A stretch of DNA of 64,000 bases from Tubulanus polymorphus (Eukaryota; Animalia; Nemertea). A model generated the notes under the pieces. It did not search any database. It worked only from the letters and a program-made list of their open reading frames with translations, and was not told the origin of the DNA. This document shows, piece after piece, positions 1-14,339 of the stretch (position 1 is its first letter; each line of letters opens with the position of its first letter). A program made the position numbers and the translations under genes. The stretch spans positions 2,046,001 to 2,110,000 of the forward strand of contig NC_134035.1 of NCBI RefSeq assembly GCF_964204645.1, written 5' to 3'.

Positions 1-163
1 CGAGTGACTGATTGATGAGATATTCTTAACAATACAATCTAGGAAATGCAGAAATCACAGAGGACCCTTAAGGCGGGGATCTGAGACATAGACTTCTGGA
101 CCCCGTCAATAACTGTGCAAAATGAATGAAGCGTATTCGAAGGAGAAAAGGTGGCACCAGACT

Positions 164-800
164 GAATCATACGTATTTATAACTTCCAAATTAGATTACT
201 GTAATAGTCTTCTCTACGGTCTTCCGAATTGTTATATTTCTCGCCTACAAATGCTTCAAAATTCTGCCGCACGCCTAGTCACTCTAACTAAGAAGCACGA
301 GCATATCACTCCTATACTGTATGAACTACATTGGCTCCCTGTTCAATCGCGCATTGAATACAAAATTCTCCTGTTAACTTTTAAAATTTTGCATGACCAA
401 GCTCCAGCCTATCTTTCGTCTGTTTTAACCACTCTTACACCTTCCAGACACACGCGCTCGACCGTGGCAACTAAATTATTTGAACCGAGATACCGCCAAG
501 AATTTTATGGCTCTCGAGCTTTTGCGGTGGTAGCCCCCCGCCTTTGGAATGCTTTGCCACAGTCGATGCGCGATTTATCTTCCCTTAATAGTTTTACCTC
601 GCAATTGAAAACGCACCTATTTAATCAGCACTACAAATGATTTTACTTGAAGCAACCGTTTGAAATTAAATATCTATTTTATTGGGTAATATTTTATATA
701 TCTGTCAATTGTCTTATGTTTTTGTCAATTTGTAAAGTCTGTTGAGATATTTTATGTAACGGACTGTAAATAAATATTATTATTATTATTATTATTATTA
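164..800 (+). mobile_element. 5'-truncated non-LTR retrotransposon (L2/CR1-group LINE) 3' end: ORF2 C-terminus, 3' UTR and (TAT)n tail
   Basis: ORF 122..640 contains [17 protein letters not shown]...LQNSAARLV...[28 protein letters not shown], typical of the region downstream of the RT domain in L2/CR1-group LINEs. It is followed by AATAAA (~768) and a (TAT)n tail at ~775-800. The 5' boundary is approximate. Confidence 0.85.
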
Positions 801-1529
801 CTTATTCAGTAATCCAATACGCACTAAGCCTCAGAAATGGTGATCGATGGTGGTTTTAATTCCGGGAAGCAGTATTTTCCTATGGGGGCAGGAGAAATTC
901 TCCGCTTTATTCTCCGGAGTAAATGGATAGATGATTGATATCGTAGCCAGGCCTGTAACGTGGCCGGTTTTATAGGCAGTTTGCTTTCCCTATAAAGTTT
1001 CCTTAAAATGTGGACTTTTAAGTGGACCTTTTTGAAAAGGCGCTCGAAGGTAAAAACGGAGCCTAGTGACAACGGCATTATGTGTTCGCAATGCAAGGCT
1101 CCCTACGGAGTCCAACGCTAGTCCTAGGTATCTGTAGCACTATAAGATCGGGTAGGACATACGACAAGCCTAGGATTTTATTCATTTCCAGCAAATTCAT
1201 TTTTCAGAGCGAACTGTTTTGGGATTTCCGGCGGTATGTCGTAAACCACCTGAACTATACCCCCCCCCCCCCACTCCGCTGCAGGCCCGGTTGTTCGGAA
1301 GTTACTACTCCCCAGTCACTACACAGATTATAAGCTAGAGATAAAATGTTAATACCAGTCTATGAGTGTCACTGGTCAGTATATAGCCGCAGTGTATAGA
1401 TTTTAAAAAAGAGCAAAAAACAACCCTCTAAATTTGGGAAACTTTAATATTTATTCAATTCCTCGAACTGAAGAAATCCGAGCGACTATTCGGTGCAAGC
1501 AGCGTGGGATAACCTCACGTCGATCTTAA

Positions 1530-2465
1530 TCAGCATTTCAACAACTGAACGAACTTTTCTCTAAATTGCTTGTTCACAATTATATAAATAATAAGATTTA
1601 TACAAGAATTGATGATCGATGTAACCAGATAGAATGTTAATACGTTTAAACCGCGCCCGAGGACGTAGCGTCCACCGATTTTACCGAGCAAACCTGGAAA
1701 TTCTAAAATCGTGAAAATGATACTCATTGTAAGCACCATTTTCGTGGCTTTTGCCATGCCCTTTTGCGGTTTCGGATCGCTAGTTGTGGCGGTCAGATCT
1801 TGCCTACGCGCCGTTTTAACGTGTTATACAATTAGAAGAGCTATATTCGCTACGAAAACTAATAGATTCGGTATGAAAATACGGAAGATCGGGTCGATGT
1901 ATCGGTTCATTAGTAGAAAGACACTGTCACGCGCAAATGATGCTTTGTAATGAGGACCGAGCTTCGATGTGGGCTGATAGATTACACGCATCGTGATCGG
2001 GTAATACGAACACATAGCCACAGAAAAGACACACGCGAATAAAACAAGAAAATTTATCCTATATCGTACCTTCAGTAGAAAAATGATAGTCACTAATCGT
2101 TCGCATTGAATAATTACAGTTAAATAGTTACGAAACATTTGAAATCCGTTATTCAACATAGTCAACCATATGTAAATGTACGGGGAAATTCGCGGCGCTA
2201 CGAAATAAATGATCATATCACCGTACGTGGCATAGTGAATATAAAACCGCACCGGGTCCTGAATGAGTTTCTTCACCAGAAATATGATATCGACAACAGC
2301 GAGACACTTCAGTAAATAGATGCAGCGATTTTTAGTTTTCAGTTTGACAAATACGACAATGATCATCGCGTTTAAACCAACACCGACCGGGATTAGAGGC
2401 GGCAATACATATGCGGCCAAAATCCATTTGTCGACGTACGACCTCTTGAAAATCGTTGCGTTCAT
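1530..2465 (-). pseudogene. Intronless rhodopsin-class (class A) GPCR, peptide/chemoreceptor-like, interrupted by a single in-frame TAA
   Basis: ORFs 1824..2465 and 1530..1757 are in the same frame, separated only by TAA at 1824-1826 (reads ...LLIV*HVKTARRQ...MAKATKMV). There are several hydrophobic TM-like segments, TM2 YLLKCLAVVD, TM3-end CERL (DRY-like), TM7 INSCINLIIY (NPxxY-like) and helix-8 FREKF. Confidence 0.8.
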
Positions 2466-3199
2466 CCTCGTTCTCTATGATAGAACTGATGAATTAAACT
2501 AAACATTTCATCAATAGATAAATGCAGCAGTTTCTTGTATTCAGTTTTACAAATACAATTACGACCATAACGTTTAAACTGACACACACCTGCTGACTGA
2601 TTGAATTAGTCGTTCCTATGGTTTGACGACAACACGCGAAATCAATCGTCCTGAATAAGTTCTAAATTAAACTACGATAAGATGAATATTATACTAAATC
2701 ATGACGACCAATGAACAAGTACCATTTCATTTTTAGAGTATGTATCTAAAATTTTGAGTATTGACGGAATAAATAATATAATAAACGTAAAGTTAATGTG
2801 TGTTTCTATTTTTGTACGCTACAGGAATTTAAAATCAATGTAAAGCTATGAGACAGCAAACAAAAGAAAAATGAAATTCAGGTGCTTGTTCTAAACAACA
2901 ATCGCAGCTCGAAACCTACGCCATCAATTCATATTGTTAAGGACATCTCTCGCTGAAGAACGTATTCTGCCAAAGTGTCATCGGGGAAGGCCTATCTTAG
3001 TGTTTGATATCATGATGTTTTTGTGAGTTGTAATTATTTGTAATTATTCTGGCGTGAGTGAGGACGTTTTGACCGACGAAAGCGAGGACGTTTTGACATG
3101 AGGGCGTGTTGACCCGACACCACTTATAACATCTATAACTCCTAACGTAACCATAAGTATAAGCCCATCCGATTGTAAAAGCTTACCACCAACGATTAG

Positions 3200-3438
<239 letters not shown>

Positions 3439-3539
3439 TTATTGTTCACAAATTGGCGAAGAGCAACTAACTACTACTAGATAACTAACTACTATGACCC
3501 CTAACTAAAACTTAAAGTACTCAGAGGTCATGGCTACAA

Positions 3540-4330
3540 AGACCGCGAACTGCGACACATCAAAAGCCAAGCTCTACGGCACCACGCCGAACGAGATCTA
3601 CGAGAACAACAACGGGCCAACGAACCGCCGAAAAAGCGTTTACCGCTTATCTTACCTCACTCCGAAGCCAACCGAACCCTAGCCCGTAACATCCGAACCA
3701 GATTTACGGAACTGGCTACGGCCACCGGCCGGTCGGACGAGGTAACCACGGTCACCGCCTACACCAAGCACAAGAGTCTCAAAGATCTAACTTCGTCGCA
3801 GCTCAAACCCACGGAGCCATCCACTCCCCGAGTCCCCTCTTCACCGCATCGTAACAGAAATACTTCCGTTGTTTCCAATTCTTCTATTTCCAGGTCTACT
3901 CAAAGAACTTCGTCAACCCGACGTCGGGGCACCAAGAAATGCAGAACACCGAGATGTCGTACGTGTCCACTCGTCCGAGAATCAACCGTTTGCCGCAAAA
4001 TGCACGCGATCCGCAGCACAATTAATTGCGCGACCCGTGAAATTGTATACTGCATCGAATGCACCAAGTGCAACATACTGTACGTCGGCCAAACCGGAAT
4101 GTCTCTACGAGAATGCGTCACGCATCACGTCTCACGCATCAGAACGAAGACTCGGACCACTTCAACCAAGTCGACCACACCCGCGAACACTTTCGGGTGT
4201 ACGGTATCCAACACCTACCAGGCTCCACGAGACCGATCCGCGAAGCAGCCGAACAAGACTGGATACGACGACTCGACAGGAACACGCCCCGAGGCATGAA
4301 CGTCCCGTAGACCGCCTCACTACAACAATT
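3540..4330 (+). mobile_element. Decayed Penelope-like retroelement fragment (linker, Cys motif and GIY-YIG endonuclease), frameshifted
   Basis: TAYTKHKSLKDL (~3755), then GTKKCRTPRCRTCP...INCATREIVYCIECTKCNILYVGQT (GIY-YIG core). After a frameshift near 4140 it continues HFNQVDH...REAAEQDWIRRLDRNTPRGMN, the typical PLE endonuclease C-terminus. Confidence 0.85.
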
Positions 4331-7270
4331 AACTCTTTCTACTTTTTTACAGGGATAACCCGCTGCCCGTGCACTAGTGGGGTCTCCAAACCTTCGGTTT
4401 GGTCCCCTAACCTCTATCTCTAAACCTAACCCCGCCCCGATTCCCGGCCATTATGAGTTTTCCGGGGTAGTCTAGAGAGGCCAATGAAAAATCCGGTTTG
4501 CTGAACTACCCCTCTTTGCGGGGATGCGGTATGATGTTTGATCTGACAGTTTCAAGTGGTTAATGGCTGTTTCAAGTGCTTAAACGATGCTTATTACTTC
4601 GTGGTACCGTGGTTTAAAAAAAAAAAGATTTCATAATAATACGCTCACCGCGTGGGCTTCGTAGAAAGGCCACTACCTGTTACCGCATTACGGTGTCAAA
4701 CTAGAAAGGATTCGCCATTGAAAATTCATAAATTGACCACCACTGACCACCACTGCCCTAGTGAAACTTCTCGAATATCGTGGTCGGATTCGAAAGTGCT
4801 TGTCGTCGTATTGTTATTTCTAGAGAGATATAACGGATTTGCATACATGTAAAATTATTATTTTCAAAATACTCAATTTTCTCCGCCGATTTTGAAGAAA
4901 TTCTGTCATCTCCACTCGACACATGATTTCACTTCGGTGCCTTTTAAGGGAGTGCCCCTTAAAGTTGAGTTCATACTTAGTCAAACAAGGAGATATGCCT
5001 GATTCCTTTTTAAAATTTAAATTCGACATATATCATCAAATTACTAGAAAGGGACAGCAACTTTCGGTCATCCGCGAAAAGATACCTAAAATGCGATAGG
5101 GTTATGGAAAAACAGGACACGAAACATACAGAAAAACCCTTTGTTTGGTAGACTGAAATTATTGAACTCTTAAATAGCAACATTCACAGAAACAAAAACA
5201 TAAGAACATATTCTCGCCCAGCCTTTAAAAAAACCTAACGTAATGATATGAGGCCATGGGTCATCTTTAATTGAAATCACATGATTTCAATTAAAGATGA
5301 CACGTAGCCTCATATCAAATGACAGAGCCTATATATTCATTCTCTTACGAGGATAGGTTTTCGCATTCATAGGATAAGGAGAATTGTGGGTTCGAATGAT
5401 GAATACAACTTATAAAGCCCCAATTTCAATGGTTCTTGCATGTTCAAAGGCGCTTTAGAGTAATCGAATTAACAGGTGTGTTCATTTCGACTATAATTGA
5501 GCATTCTAGGGCTGGGGCAAGAAACGTGTGAGATCGTTCGCCAAGGTATCGCTAAGGAGATAATAAGGAGCCAGTCCGTGGTGGCTATTGAAAGCGACGA
5601 CCGCATATGAATGCATTGATTGAATGACATCTCAAAAGTCAGATTATATAAAATCAAAAATGATATATGGATAAGTTATTCCATATATACTGGTAAAAAT
5701 GATGCCCAATATGTGATATAAATGTTCAATCAAAAAGTAGAAACTGAAACCATAATTCAGTATGGTATTGTAACAACATAAAACACACAAATTCAATCCT
5801 TTGTTAAATTGGTAGCCAGTGTAGATGAGCAAGTATCGTGGTCCCTAATTTTAGCTATCGCAATAATTCAAGCCACGCGATTTTGAACGGTTCAACAAGT
5901 TGGAGTTTGTGTAAAGATGAATGAGTTTGAAATGGAGTGGAATTCAGATATTACTGTTTGCATGTTTATGTTTATTACCGGTACTCAATCTTTTTACTAA
6001 TCATAGAAAATTGTGGTAAAATATTTGACTACGTTTTAGATTGTATCTCTCCACGCCAGAGGTAATCACGGATATCGGACTACAAAAGCATTCCTTGTGT
6101 AAAGCTCAACTTTGTAAATTCCTGGAAAAGCTCGCCTCGGATATTTCAATAATGATTAAACATTAATTATCACAACGAAAAACCTAAACAAACCAATGTA
6201 CGCTTGCTTTAAGTTTGCCAATGCACTATCGTTGCTTTTTCTGGCTATTTGTACTGTTTGCCACAAAAAGATTGCATCCTCTATTACAGGAATTAAGGAT
6301 ACAACTCTGGGACCAGTTAGTTTAGATTAACCATTATACAATATGATACATGGCCAAATACACTGTTAATATGAAAAAGATCCACTATACAGATTTCAAA
6401 TTTCAAACCAAGTTTTATCATTAGAACATTACGACACAACGTTCAATTTCTCACTAGAGGTCATCTGTTTGTACACAGTGAGTTTTCGTATCGTATTATC
6501 GTATTATCGATTCTCCGCATTTGAGTGTGACTATTCTACAAGTACAAAGTTATTTTAGCAATGAAGTTTCAATTGTCATTGTTAATGTTAACTATCCACT
6601 GGTAAACTTACAAACTTTTGGCAACTGACCTTAGATCGTGGAATAGTCTCAGGTGGCCTGCAGATCCACTCTTGATTTGTACTACTAAAGAAATAGACAT
6701 TATAAGACTTAACGAGTATATTAAAGTACTATTTATCTTTATAACGCGATAATTCGCGTACGTATGATTGAAAAACGATATTCTATCGAATCTCATGGTA
6801 TTTATGATTATTGTGTATAGAATCAATAATTAGCAACCTTCCACGGATACGAAGTGGCCTAAGTTTACATCCTACCATAATTTTCCTCGAAACTCTCAGC
6901 ATTATTTCAAGGGTCGGTCTTATATGAAGAAAATATATGAAGGACATGTTCACAGGTTAGGCCAAAAATCTTCCCCGAAAACTTCAAATTTTTACAAGCA
7001 AATATAATATACTTCATGCTTTTCGTGCAGAAAAAATGCATGTCCACAAATTGTAAATTGTGTTTTCAAAGTAAACGATTGAGTGTGGAATTGTTTTGAA
7101 TTCAGGGTTCTCCAATTAACTCTCCGGTATTTTACAATTGCTTCAATAAGACAAGTCACACTATTGTTGTGATCAGATGGCCAATTGAATACTTCTTCAT
7201 TATATTGAAAGATACGTTATACTTAATGCATCTTTTCTTAGACCTTACAGCTTTCTCTATTGGTCAGCGT

Positions 7271-7318
7271 AAACTTATGGGTAATTTTGAGTGATCACTC
7301 AGAATTACCCATAAGTTT
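7271..7318. repeat. Near-perfect 48-bp palindrome
   Basis: aaacttatgggtaattttgagtga|tcactcagaattacccataagttt, one mismatch. Confidence 0.9.
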
Positions 7319-7626
7319 GAATTCTCGCTGAACTACTACATCCCTATAACACATTAATATATACTTCATATCAGGCGATTAACTTTGATCTGTGGTCAGT
7401 GGACAGCAGCTACTAAACTACTACATTATCATTCCTTCTATATTCATATATATGATATGATATAATATCTTATTTAATGTTCAGTTTATACGTCTTGAAC
7501 AAGTCTCGCATATTGATACCGATACGCACGTTCACGCGAGTGAAATGTGCACGTTACAGGCTCAAATGCACACGTTACAAAGCGCAACATAGTTCGTTCA
7601 AAACCCCACGAGATAAATCTTTGGAA

Positions 7627-9809
7627 TTTAGTAGGAAATTCCAAAGTTAGCTCGCTACCTACTATAAAAATCTGACAAGACTTTTCAAGCGACAAATTTA
7701 AATATAAGAGCTAGTAGTTCTAACGAAGGGTTCAGGCAAAACCCCGTGTCATTTCTAAAAACATTTAACCGGTAATTAGAGAGAACTTGTGTAGCTTACA
7801 TGTAGAAGAGATGTTATATTTACGTTCAAGCCAAATGAAATCATTTGATACCAGACACGACTAAGTTGTTTCTGAAACAGATAAATATAGCTATGTGGTC
7901 AGTATTGGTCAAGATTTGGTCAGTTGGAATAGTGTTGTTAGATGAAAGCCCACACAATATCTAATTATTAGACACCAAACACGACTGCGTTGCTTCTAAA
8001 ATAGACAAATTACTTAAAGTATTAGTCAGTATTGGTAATAAAATAGGTCAGCTAAATAGTTGTTAGATCATAGCCCGCGCCATATTTAGTCGCTCGACGC
8101 CCAAACACGATTTTATGGCTTTACTATAAAACATATAAATTACTTATGGGGGGTTATGGTTAGCACCGATAACTGGTCAGTACTGGTCAAGTATTGGTCA
8201 GTTAAACAATTTTTAGATTAATGCCCTCATCATTTCTAGTTATTTGACACCAAACAACTTAATTGTTTGCAAAACAAATAATTTACTATATATGGTACTG
8301 GTCATGCAGTGGTCAGTTAATAGACCATGGTCCGAGCCACGAGTTATTTGATACCAAACATGATTGGATTGTGTCGTTTCGAAAATTTATCTGTTGGGCA
8401 ATTTGTGGTCAGCCCTGGTTCGTTAGGTTCTTATTTTGCGGGCATTCTATCTCGAAGCACCGAATGACTGAATTACTAATTAATTCAACAGATCATTAAT
8501 TGCTGAAAATGTCATGAAGATTATGTTTAACTAATAGTCCTTGTCTGAATAAAATGTCTCTAGTATGGGTGCTATGGAATCATGTCCTTAACTGTACACC
8601 GTACTGTATCTTTGTACTGTATCTTTTTATTTTCACTATTACCGTAATTGACTATGATGTTTTCAAGTGGTCTTAAGTACCGCTAATAGCCGAAAGTCGT
8701 TGATTTATGTGAAATTTACATACAGCGCCACCCGTTGGTAGTAAAACTAACCCGAGCAATACGGGTGTTAAAGAGATACGCTAGCAAACCGGCATTCTCA
8801 TAATGGCAAAAAAATGTACCGGTACGATACCGGTACAGATGTTTCACTTTTTCCAGTGTTCTTAAAGTCATTCATAAAAAGAAATTGCTTATTGACCTAG
8901 CTTCATGTTTCATGTTTCAATAATTTCTGATAAGTAGAAGCCTGGACCTGACTGGAGTCCACACGTTTTCACTGCTATTTGGCAGCACTTTTGAGAATAT
9001 ACAAGAAAAAACCAAATCTAGAGGAATAAAGAGAAGTGAATGACCAGGATGGGAAAACTTTAGTATTATTCACTCTTGAATGTAGCAGTTGTCTGACCTC
9101 AGTTACTTGTAGGGTTGAGCACATAGAAACCACAGGGTTCCAGATCTGCGATGATATGAACTGTTTGATGCACCGCGATCATAACCACTGGGATAGACTT
9201 TAGTAGGAAATTCCAAAGTTAGCTCGCTACCTACTATAAAAATCTGACAAGACTTTTCAAGCGACAAATTTAAATATAAGAGCTAGTAGTACTAACGAAG
9301 GGTTCAGGCAAAACCCCGTGTCATTTCTAAAAACATTTAACCGGTAATTAGAGAGAACTTGTGTAGCTTACATGTAAAAGAGATGTTATATTTACGTTCA
9401 AGCCAAATGAAATCATTTGATACCAGACACGACTAAGTTGTTTCTGAAACAGATAGATATAGCTATGTGGTCAGTATTGGTCAAGATTTGGTAATTATTA
9501 GACACCAAACACGACTGTGTTGCTTCTAAAATAGACAAATTACTTAAAGGTCAGTATTGGTAAAAAAATTGGTCAGTTAAATAGTTGTTAGATCATAGCC
9601 CGCGCCATATTTAGTCACTCGACGCCCAAACACGATTTTATGGCTTTACTAAACATATAAATTACTTATGGGGGGTTATGGTTATCACTGATAACTGGTC
9701 AGTACTGGTCAAGTATTGGTCAGTTAAACAATTTTTAGATTAATGCCCACATCATTTCTAGTTATTTGACACCAATCAACTTAATTGTTTGCAAAACAAA
9801 TAATTTACT
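7627..9809 (+). repeat. Local direct duplication, ~0.6-0.66 kb (7627-8288 and 9199-9809)
   Basis: Both copies start tttagtaggaaattccaaagttagctcgctacc and end caaaacaaataatttact. The second copy has small deletions. Confidence 0.9.
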
Positions 9810-10238
9810 TGCCTCTTCCATGTTCTCCCCATGGTCTCCCCCATGGTCTCCCCCATGGTCTCCCCCATGGTCCGCAGGCACTAAAGAGAGTCTCTCCCTC
9901 AGGAGGTAGCTAGCAATTCTATCATTGTTACATAAGGAAAATCAATAGAATTATCCGAAACATTAAAAAGAAATTTATTCAAAAAGAACAAAATTATTAC
10001 AATGACGATTGAAAATCGATTAATTTATTAAAATCGATTACAAGTATATAAAAACAATACACCATGTAAATGTTTTAGCCGAAATATCAAGAGACTTCGT
10101 CTGGGACTTACATGAACATTTTTACTAATAAAACATGAGCTAACAAGAGTAATTAAAGCCGGGGATGAAATCTTAATCGCAATTATTTCTAAATAAGGTT
10201 TCAAGTTATTTTTGAAAGTGTTTGGTTGGTATCGGTTC

Positions 10239-11017
10239 CAGGGACGGATCTAGGCCCAAATTCAAGGGGTAGCACTCATTCAAGAGGGCACCTGTCCGGA
10301 TTTGTATTATCACGACGAGGCGAGCACCGAAGGTACGAAGCCACCAAGGGGTTTAGAATCAGTTAAAAATTTGAAGCCCAGCTATCAGAGCATCTGAGGC
10401 ATCAAAATAGCAAAAATACCCTTGTCTGAATTTTAGGCAATAACAAACCACTCTTAGTATTTATTGCAATTTGAATGTGCCCCTTTTAGAATGTGATAGT
10501 TATTAGTCATTTTTTTGAGCCAACTATTTTTTAGCCCTTTTCTGAATTTTTATGAACGTGCCCTTTTGGCAATACAATGTGCCTTTAGGATTTTTTTGGC
10601 AATTTGAACGTGCCGATAGTCACAGAGTTGTGCCCTGTCAGAGCACATCAGTACGGTAATATGATTGAACACATGCGCCCTCATTTTGGAGATTAATCGT
10701 GCCCATAGCAGGATTTTTCAAACTATTTTTGGAGCCCTTTTCTTAATTTTTTTGCAAATGAACGTGCCCTTTTTCGCAATATATGTGCCCTTCTTGACAA
10801 TATAACGTGCCTTTTGGCAATTGATTCAATGAAACGTGCCATTTTTTGCAATATAAAGTGCCCTTTTCCGCAATAATTCAAATTCTAATTAATTTCATAG
10901 GTCCGGACGTCGGATTTTGCAGGCGCTGTATTTTCATGAGAATCTTTTTGAAAAAGGCACTTCACAAATTCAAGGGGTCGCACGTGCCGCAGGTGCGACC
11001 CCCTGTATCCACCCCTG
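10239..11017. mobile_element. Non-autonomous DNA transposon (MITE) with imperfect TIRs and 5-bp TSD
   Basis: Left end cagggacggatctag, right end ctgtatccacccctg. GGTTC directly flanks both ends (10234-10238, 11018-11022). GTGCCC motifs are reiterated internally. Confidence 0.75.
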
Positions 11018-11129
11018 GGTTCATAGCCTAGATAGTGCCGATGGCCGATACGCAGTCCGCGTTCAACGTTTCATCCGGCCCCTGGCAATCGAGGATGATG
11101 TGAGTTGTTTGGTCGTCGGGCGTCCGTAA

Positions 11130-11840
11130 AATCTAAAAAAAATCCGATACTGATATTAAAAGATCTACGATATAATCATTTCTATTTCTATCGATAGTCG
11201 AATTGATATTTCGATACATCAATTGAAATTGATAATGATATATCATTTCGACGGTTCGGTTATAGAATCCGTATCCGAGTGCCGCCGATTCAAACACACC
11301 ACGTGGTCCGGCATCCGATAGTATCCGTTCCGTTGATTGGATCCTATTGTTTCCGTCACGGTGATTGGCTCGCCCGTTGCGCGCATTATCATTCATGCTA
11401 AATCGAGCGATGTAAGTAAACGTGTTGGTGATTTTTTTCGATTTAAATCTCTTTACATCCGTTAAATCGGATCGTTTTGCGGTAGATTTTACGGCCAATA
11501 TCACAGAAGAGGTCGTTTGGACGGCGTAGAAATAGTTTTTGACGATCATCTATTGATGTAAACTGATATTTCAGACGATGTTTTAATTCGATATTCCGTC
11601 GTCTGAAATGGCGCCACTTTCCGCACCCATCCCGCTCCTCAATCCTGATCGCCGCCGATATTCTTGAGGCCGACCTTTTTGAGATCACAAATTTCTGCAG
11701 GAGAATATCATCACAGCAGCGACTGGTTGAAAAAATGAGATGGTCGAACGAACGGCAGAAGAAAACTGAAGAAACAAAGCCCCGTCGGCGGCGATCCCTC
11801 TCCCTCCTACCTCTTCAGCCCGGTGGCCATTTTTTGTAAA
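11130..11840. promoter_or_regulatory. CpG-rich promoter-like region
   Basis: Locally CpG-rich. Contains TATCGATA (DRE-like, ~11189), CCAAT/ATTGG boxes (~11336, ~11364, ~11494) and YY1-like AAATGGCG (~11606) plus AAAATGGC on the minus strand (~11825-11832). It lies 4 kb upstream of the first coding exon of the micro-exon gene. Confidence 0.4.
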
Positions 11841-12319
11841 CTAGGCCTAAGTTTTTGAAGTGAAGTTTTGATTTTAGACCCGAGCTTTATACGTAGCTAA
11901 GGGTAGAAAATAAACAAAGCTTCCAGGTTGGGGTAGAGCTAGCTGAGTTCATTTTTGTCCAGTGTTAAGGGGTGTGAAATTAGTCCTAAAGATCAGAAAT
12001 TATTTTGATAAGAATTATTCTGAATTGAGAGTTGCATCTGAAAATCAGCATTCGATCTCGGTTTCATCTTTGGTTTACTTTGAGTTAAAATTAGTTCATT
12101 TCAATTTGCTTTAAACCTGAACTCTAAATCTGAGTTCAAAATTGATTGTAGTTAAAACATTGAAAATGAACTCAGTTAGCTCTAACTTACAACTGTGGAA
12201 CTGGGTCCAGAACTGTGAAACTGGATCCTGATAGCTGCCTATATGAAATATACGACCCTGGGTACATTTTCCCAAAACGAAATTAATCCTAAATCGATTC
12301 AATATGCACCCGTGTTGAA

Positions 12320-13920
12320 GTAATTTAAAAGCGATTTTAGAGTAAGATTTTCTTCACGTAGGGCCTAGTCTAATTAGGTCCAGGGGTCAGTTTCACAAAA
12401 AATTTATTGGTGAGATAAACTGAATTAAATGTAAATATTTTTAGAATCGATTTGAAAAACTTTCTTGCCAAGCTCATCTACCAGCTGACAATTTAATCCG
12501 ATAGACACTCATAATTCATAGTATCCACTAGATGGCGAACTAGTCAAACCCTGGCTGCTCAAAATTGAACGGCATGTCTTACAGTTGTTTGAATAATATA
12601 CAACTCACTGAGACCTTAGATCACTATTAGCTGTGGATGATGTTGATACAAATCAACAAATAATAGGCAAAATATTATTATATTCTAGAATTATCTATTC
12701 TCATAAAATACTGAGCCATGAAATAGATTTTGGTGTCAAATTTATGTGATGAAATTGCTTCCCCGATTTTAGTTGGCCCTGGTTTTACAAGATTTTTGTA
12801 TCCATTAGTGTTGGTAAAGAATATTGTTTTCGATTAATTTCTATTTCAACTAGATTTGGCCGCACATCAGGTGGCCTAGCTCAGTCAGTTTTGGTAGTAC
12901 GTAACCTGTTATAAAGGTCTCAAATGAGATGGCACAGATAGGCGGCCAACCTTAAACTTTGATATTTAATCCATTTTACGTTGTATTGAAGATCATTTGA
13001 GTTAAAGAAGATTTAGGTTATCCCTCAATGCAGTTTAAATGGAACCGATGCTTTTAGATCAGCTGCCCATCTGTGCTTACCCTTTTGACCCGTTTCTTTA
13101 ATATCAGGTATATACTACCTAAACTTACTGAGGGGCAGTCGTTTTTTAATCCATTGCACACTGTATCAAATGATTACAAAAAAGCCTTAGCAACTGAAGT
13201 TTGCTATGTAGGCATGGAAATAAATTGTTAGAATTTAATGTTGGAATCATAGAGCCACTTTTGTTAGAATGTTAGAATCATAGAGCCACTTTTCTTTATT
13301 TTAACTGTTTTCAATGAAGACTTTTTGCAATCCTTAAATACAGTGTAGAATGGATCAGAAAACAATGTTTTTCGTCAACTGCCAGTCCTTTCTGGTCCTA
13401 ATAAGACTTCTATCAGGTATATACCACTAAAACTGACTGAGCTAGGCCACCTGATGTGCAAGTCAAGTCGAAATAGAAAATAGCTGTACAATTTTCGAGA
13501 AACTGACTCTTGGACCCAATTAGACTTGGACCCACTTAGATGAAGAATATCTTAGGCTAAAAAAAATTGATACCTTGTTTCTCCGCTCTGCTGAACTTAA
13601 ATGTTGACCCGGCCGGCCGCCTATCTACCCTATACATTACTTTAAAAATCGTGATCAATTTCACCATAACAGACCCGGCCGCTATAGAAATGAACTGTTT
13701 ATAAATTATATCATATTTTACAAAAATGACCCGGCCGCTGCGGAGAAACAAGGTATCATTTTTGTTTAGCCTTACACTTAGAATCGATTTTAAAATTTCA
13801 TCATTAACTAAAGTTTATCTCGCCAATGAAATTTTTGTGAAACTGACTGTTAGACCCAATTAGACTAGGACCCACTTAGATAAAAAATATCTTACACTTA
13901 AAATCGATTTTAAATTTCTT
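12320..13920. mobile_element. Foldback/MITE-like element with nested long inverted repeats
   Basis: ~12320-12425 is the diverged reverse complement of ~13810-13920, and ~12862-12920 (gcacatcaggtggcctagctcagtcagtttt) is the reverse complement of ~13403-13459. Confidence 0.6.
13555..13771. mobile_element. PIF/Harbinger-type (Tourist-like) MITE
   Basis: ~32-bp TIRs ggctaaaaaaaattgataccttgtttctccgc / gcggagaaacaaggtatcatttttgtttagcc, with TTA on both sides. The neighbouring repeat copy (~13885 aatatcttacactta) shows the empty site. Confidence 0.85.
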
Positions 13921-14051
13921 CATTAATGCAGGTGAATTTAGTGAATGTTGAATTGATTTACAGGGTTTTATTTTTACGTTCATGAAACGGAATGGACCGA
14001 TGTCTTCATAATTTTTGCATGACATCCGTTACTTTGTAATATTTCTCTTAA

Positions 14052-14339
14052 CCCTTTCAGTGCTGACTGATCAATAGCTTATAGTGCTGGAGATAATTTT
14101 AAAATTTTGAAAAATTCTGCCCTAGTTTGTTGAATAACGGGAATACCACTATAGTGCGTCTACACCGCGGCACAGTGTATCATTAGCCACTAGTATTTCA
14201 CTATGTTTGACGGGTGCTGCCATCTTTCAATAGAGATAAAAACTAATTACTAATTACATCAAGACACCGCAGTGCGGTGTACTAGCAAAATCTATCACTG
14301 ATTTATATACCACACTGTGCTGTAGACACACTGAAGGGG
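14052..14339. mobile_element. piggyBac-type MITE
   Basis: TTAA on both sides (14048-14051, 14340-14343); TIR ccctttcagtg / cactgaagggg. A partial inverted copy lies at ~36775-36906. Confidence 0.8.

Noticed and set aside
7627-9809. LTR pair of a TRIM/LTR retroelement
   Set aside because: No TG...CA termini, and no PBS, PPT or TSD recognisable; treated as a local duplication.
10066-10106. Third hammerhead ribozyme (minus strand)
   Set aside because: Core is degenerate (CAGACGA rather than CUGANGA; no GAAA after a paired stem II).
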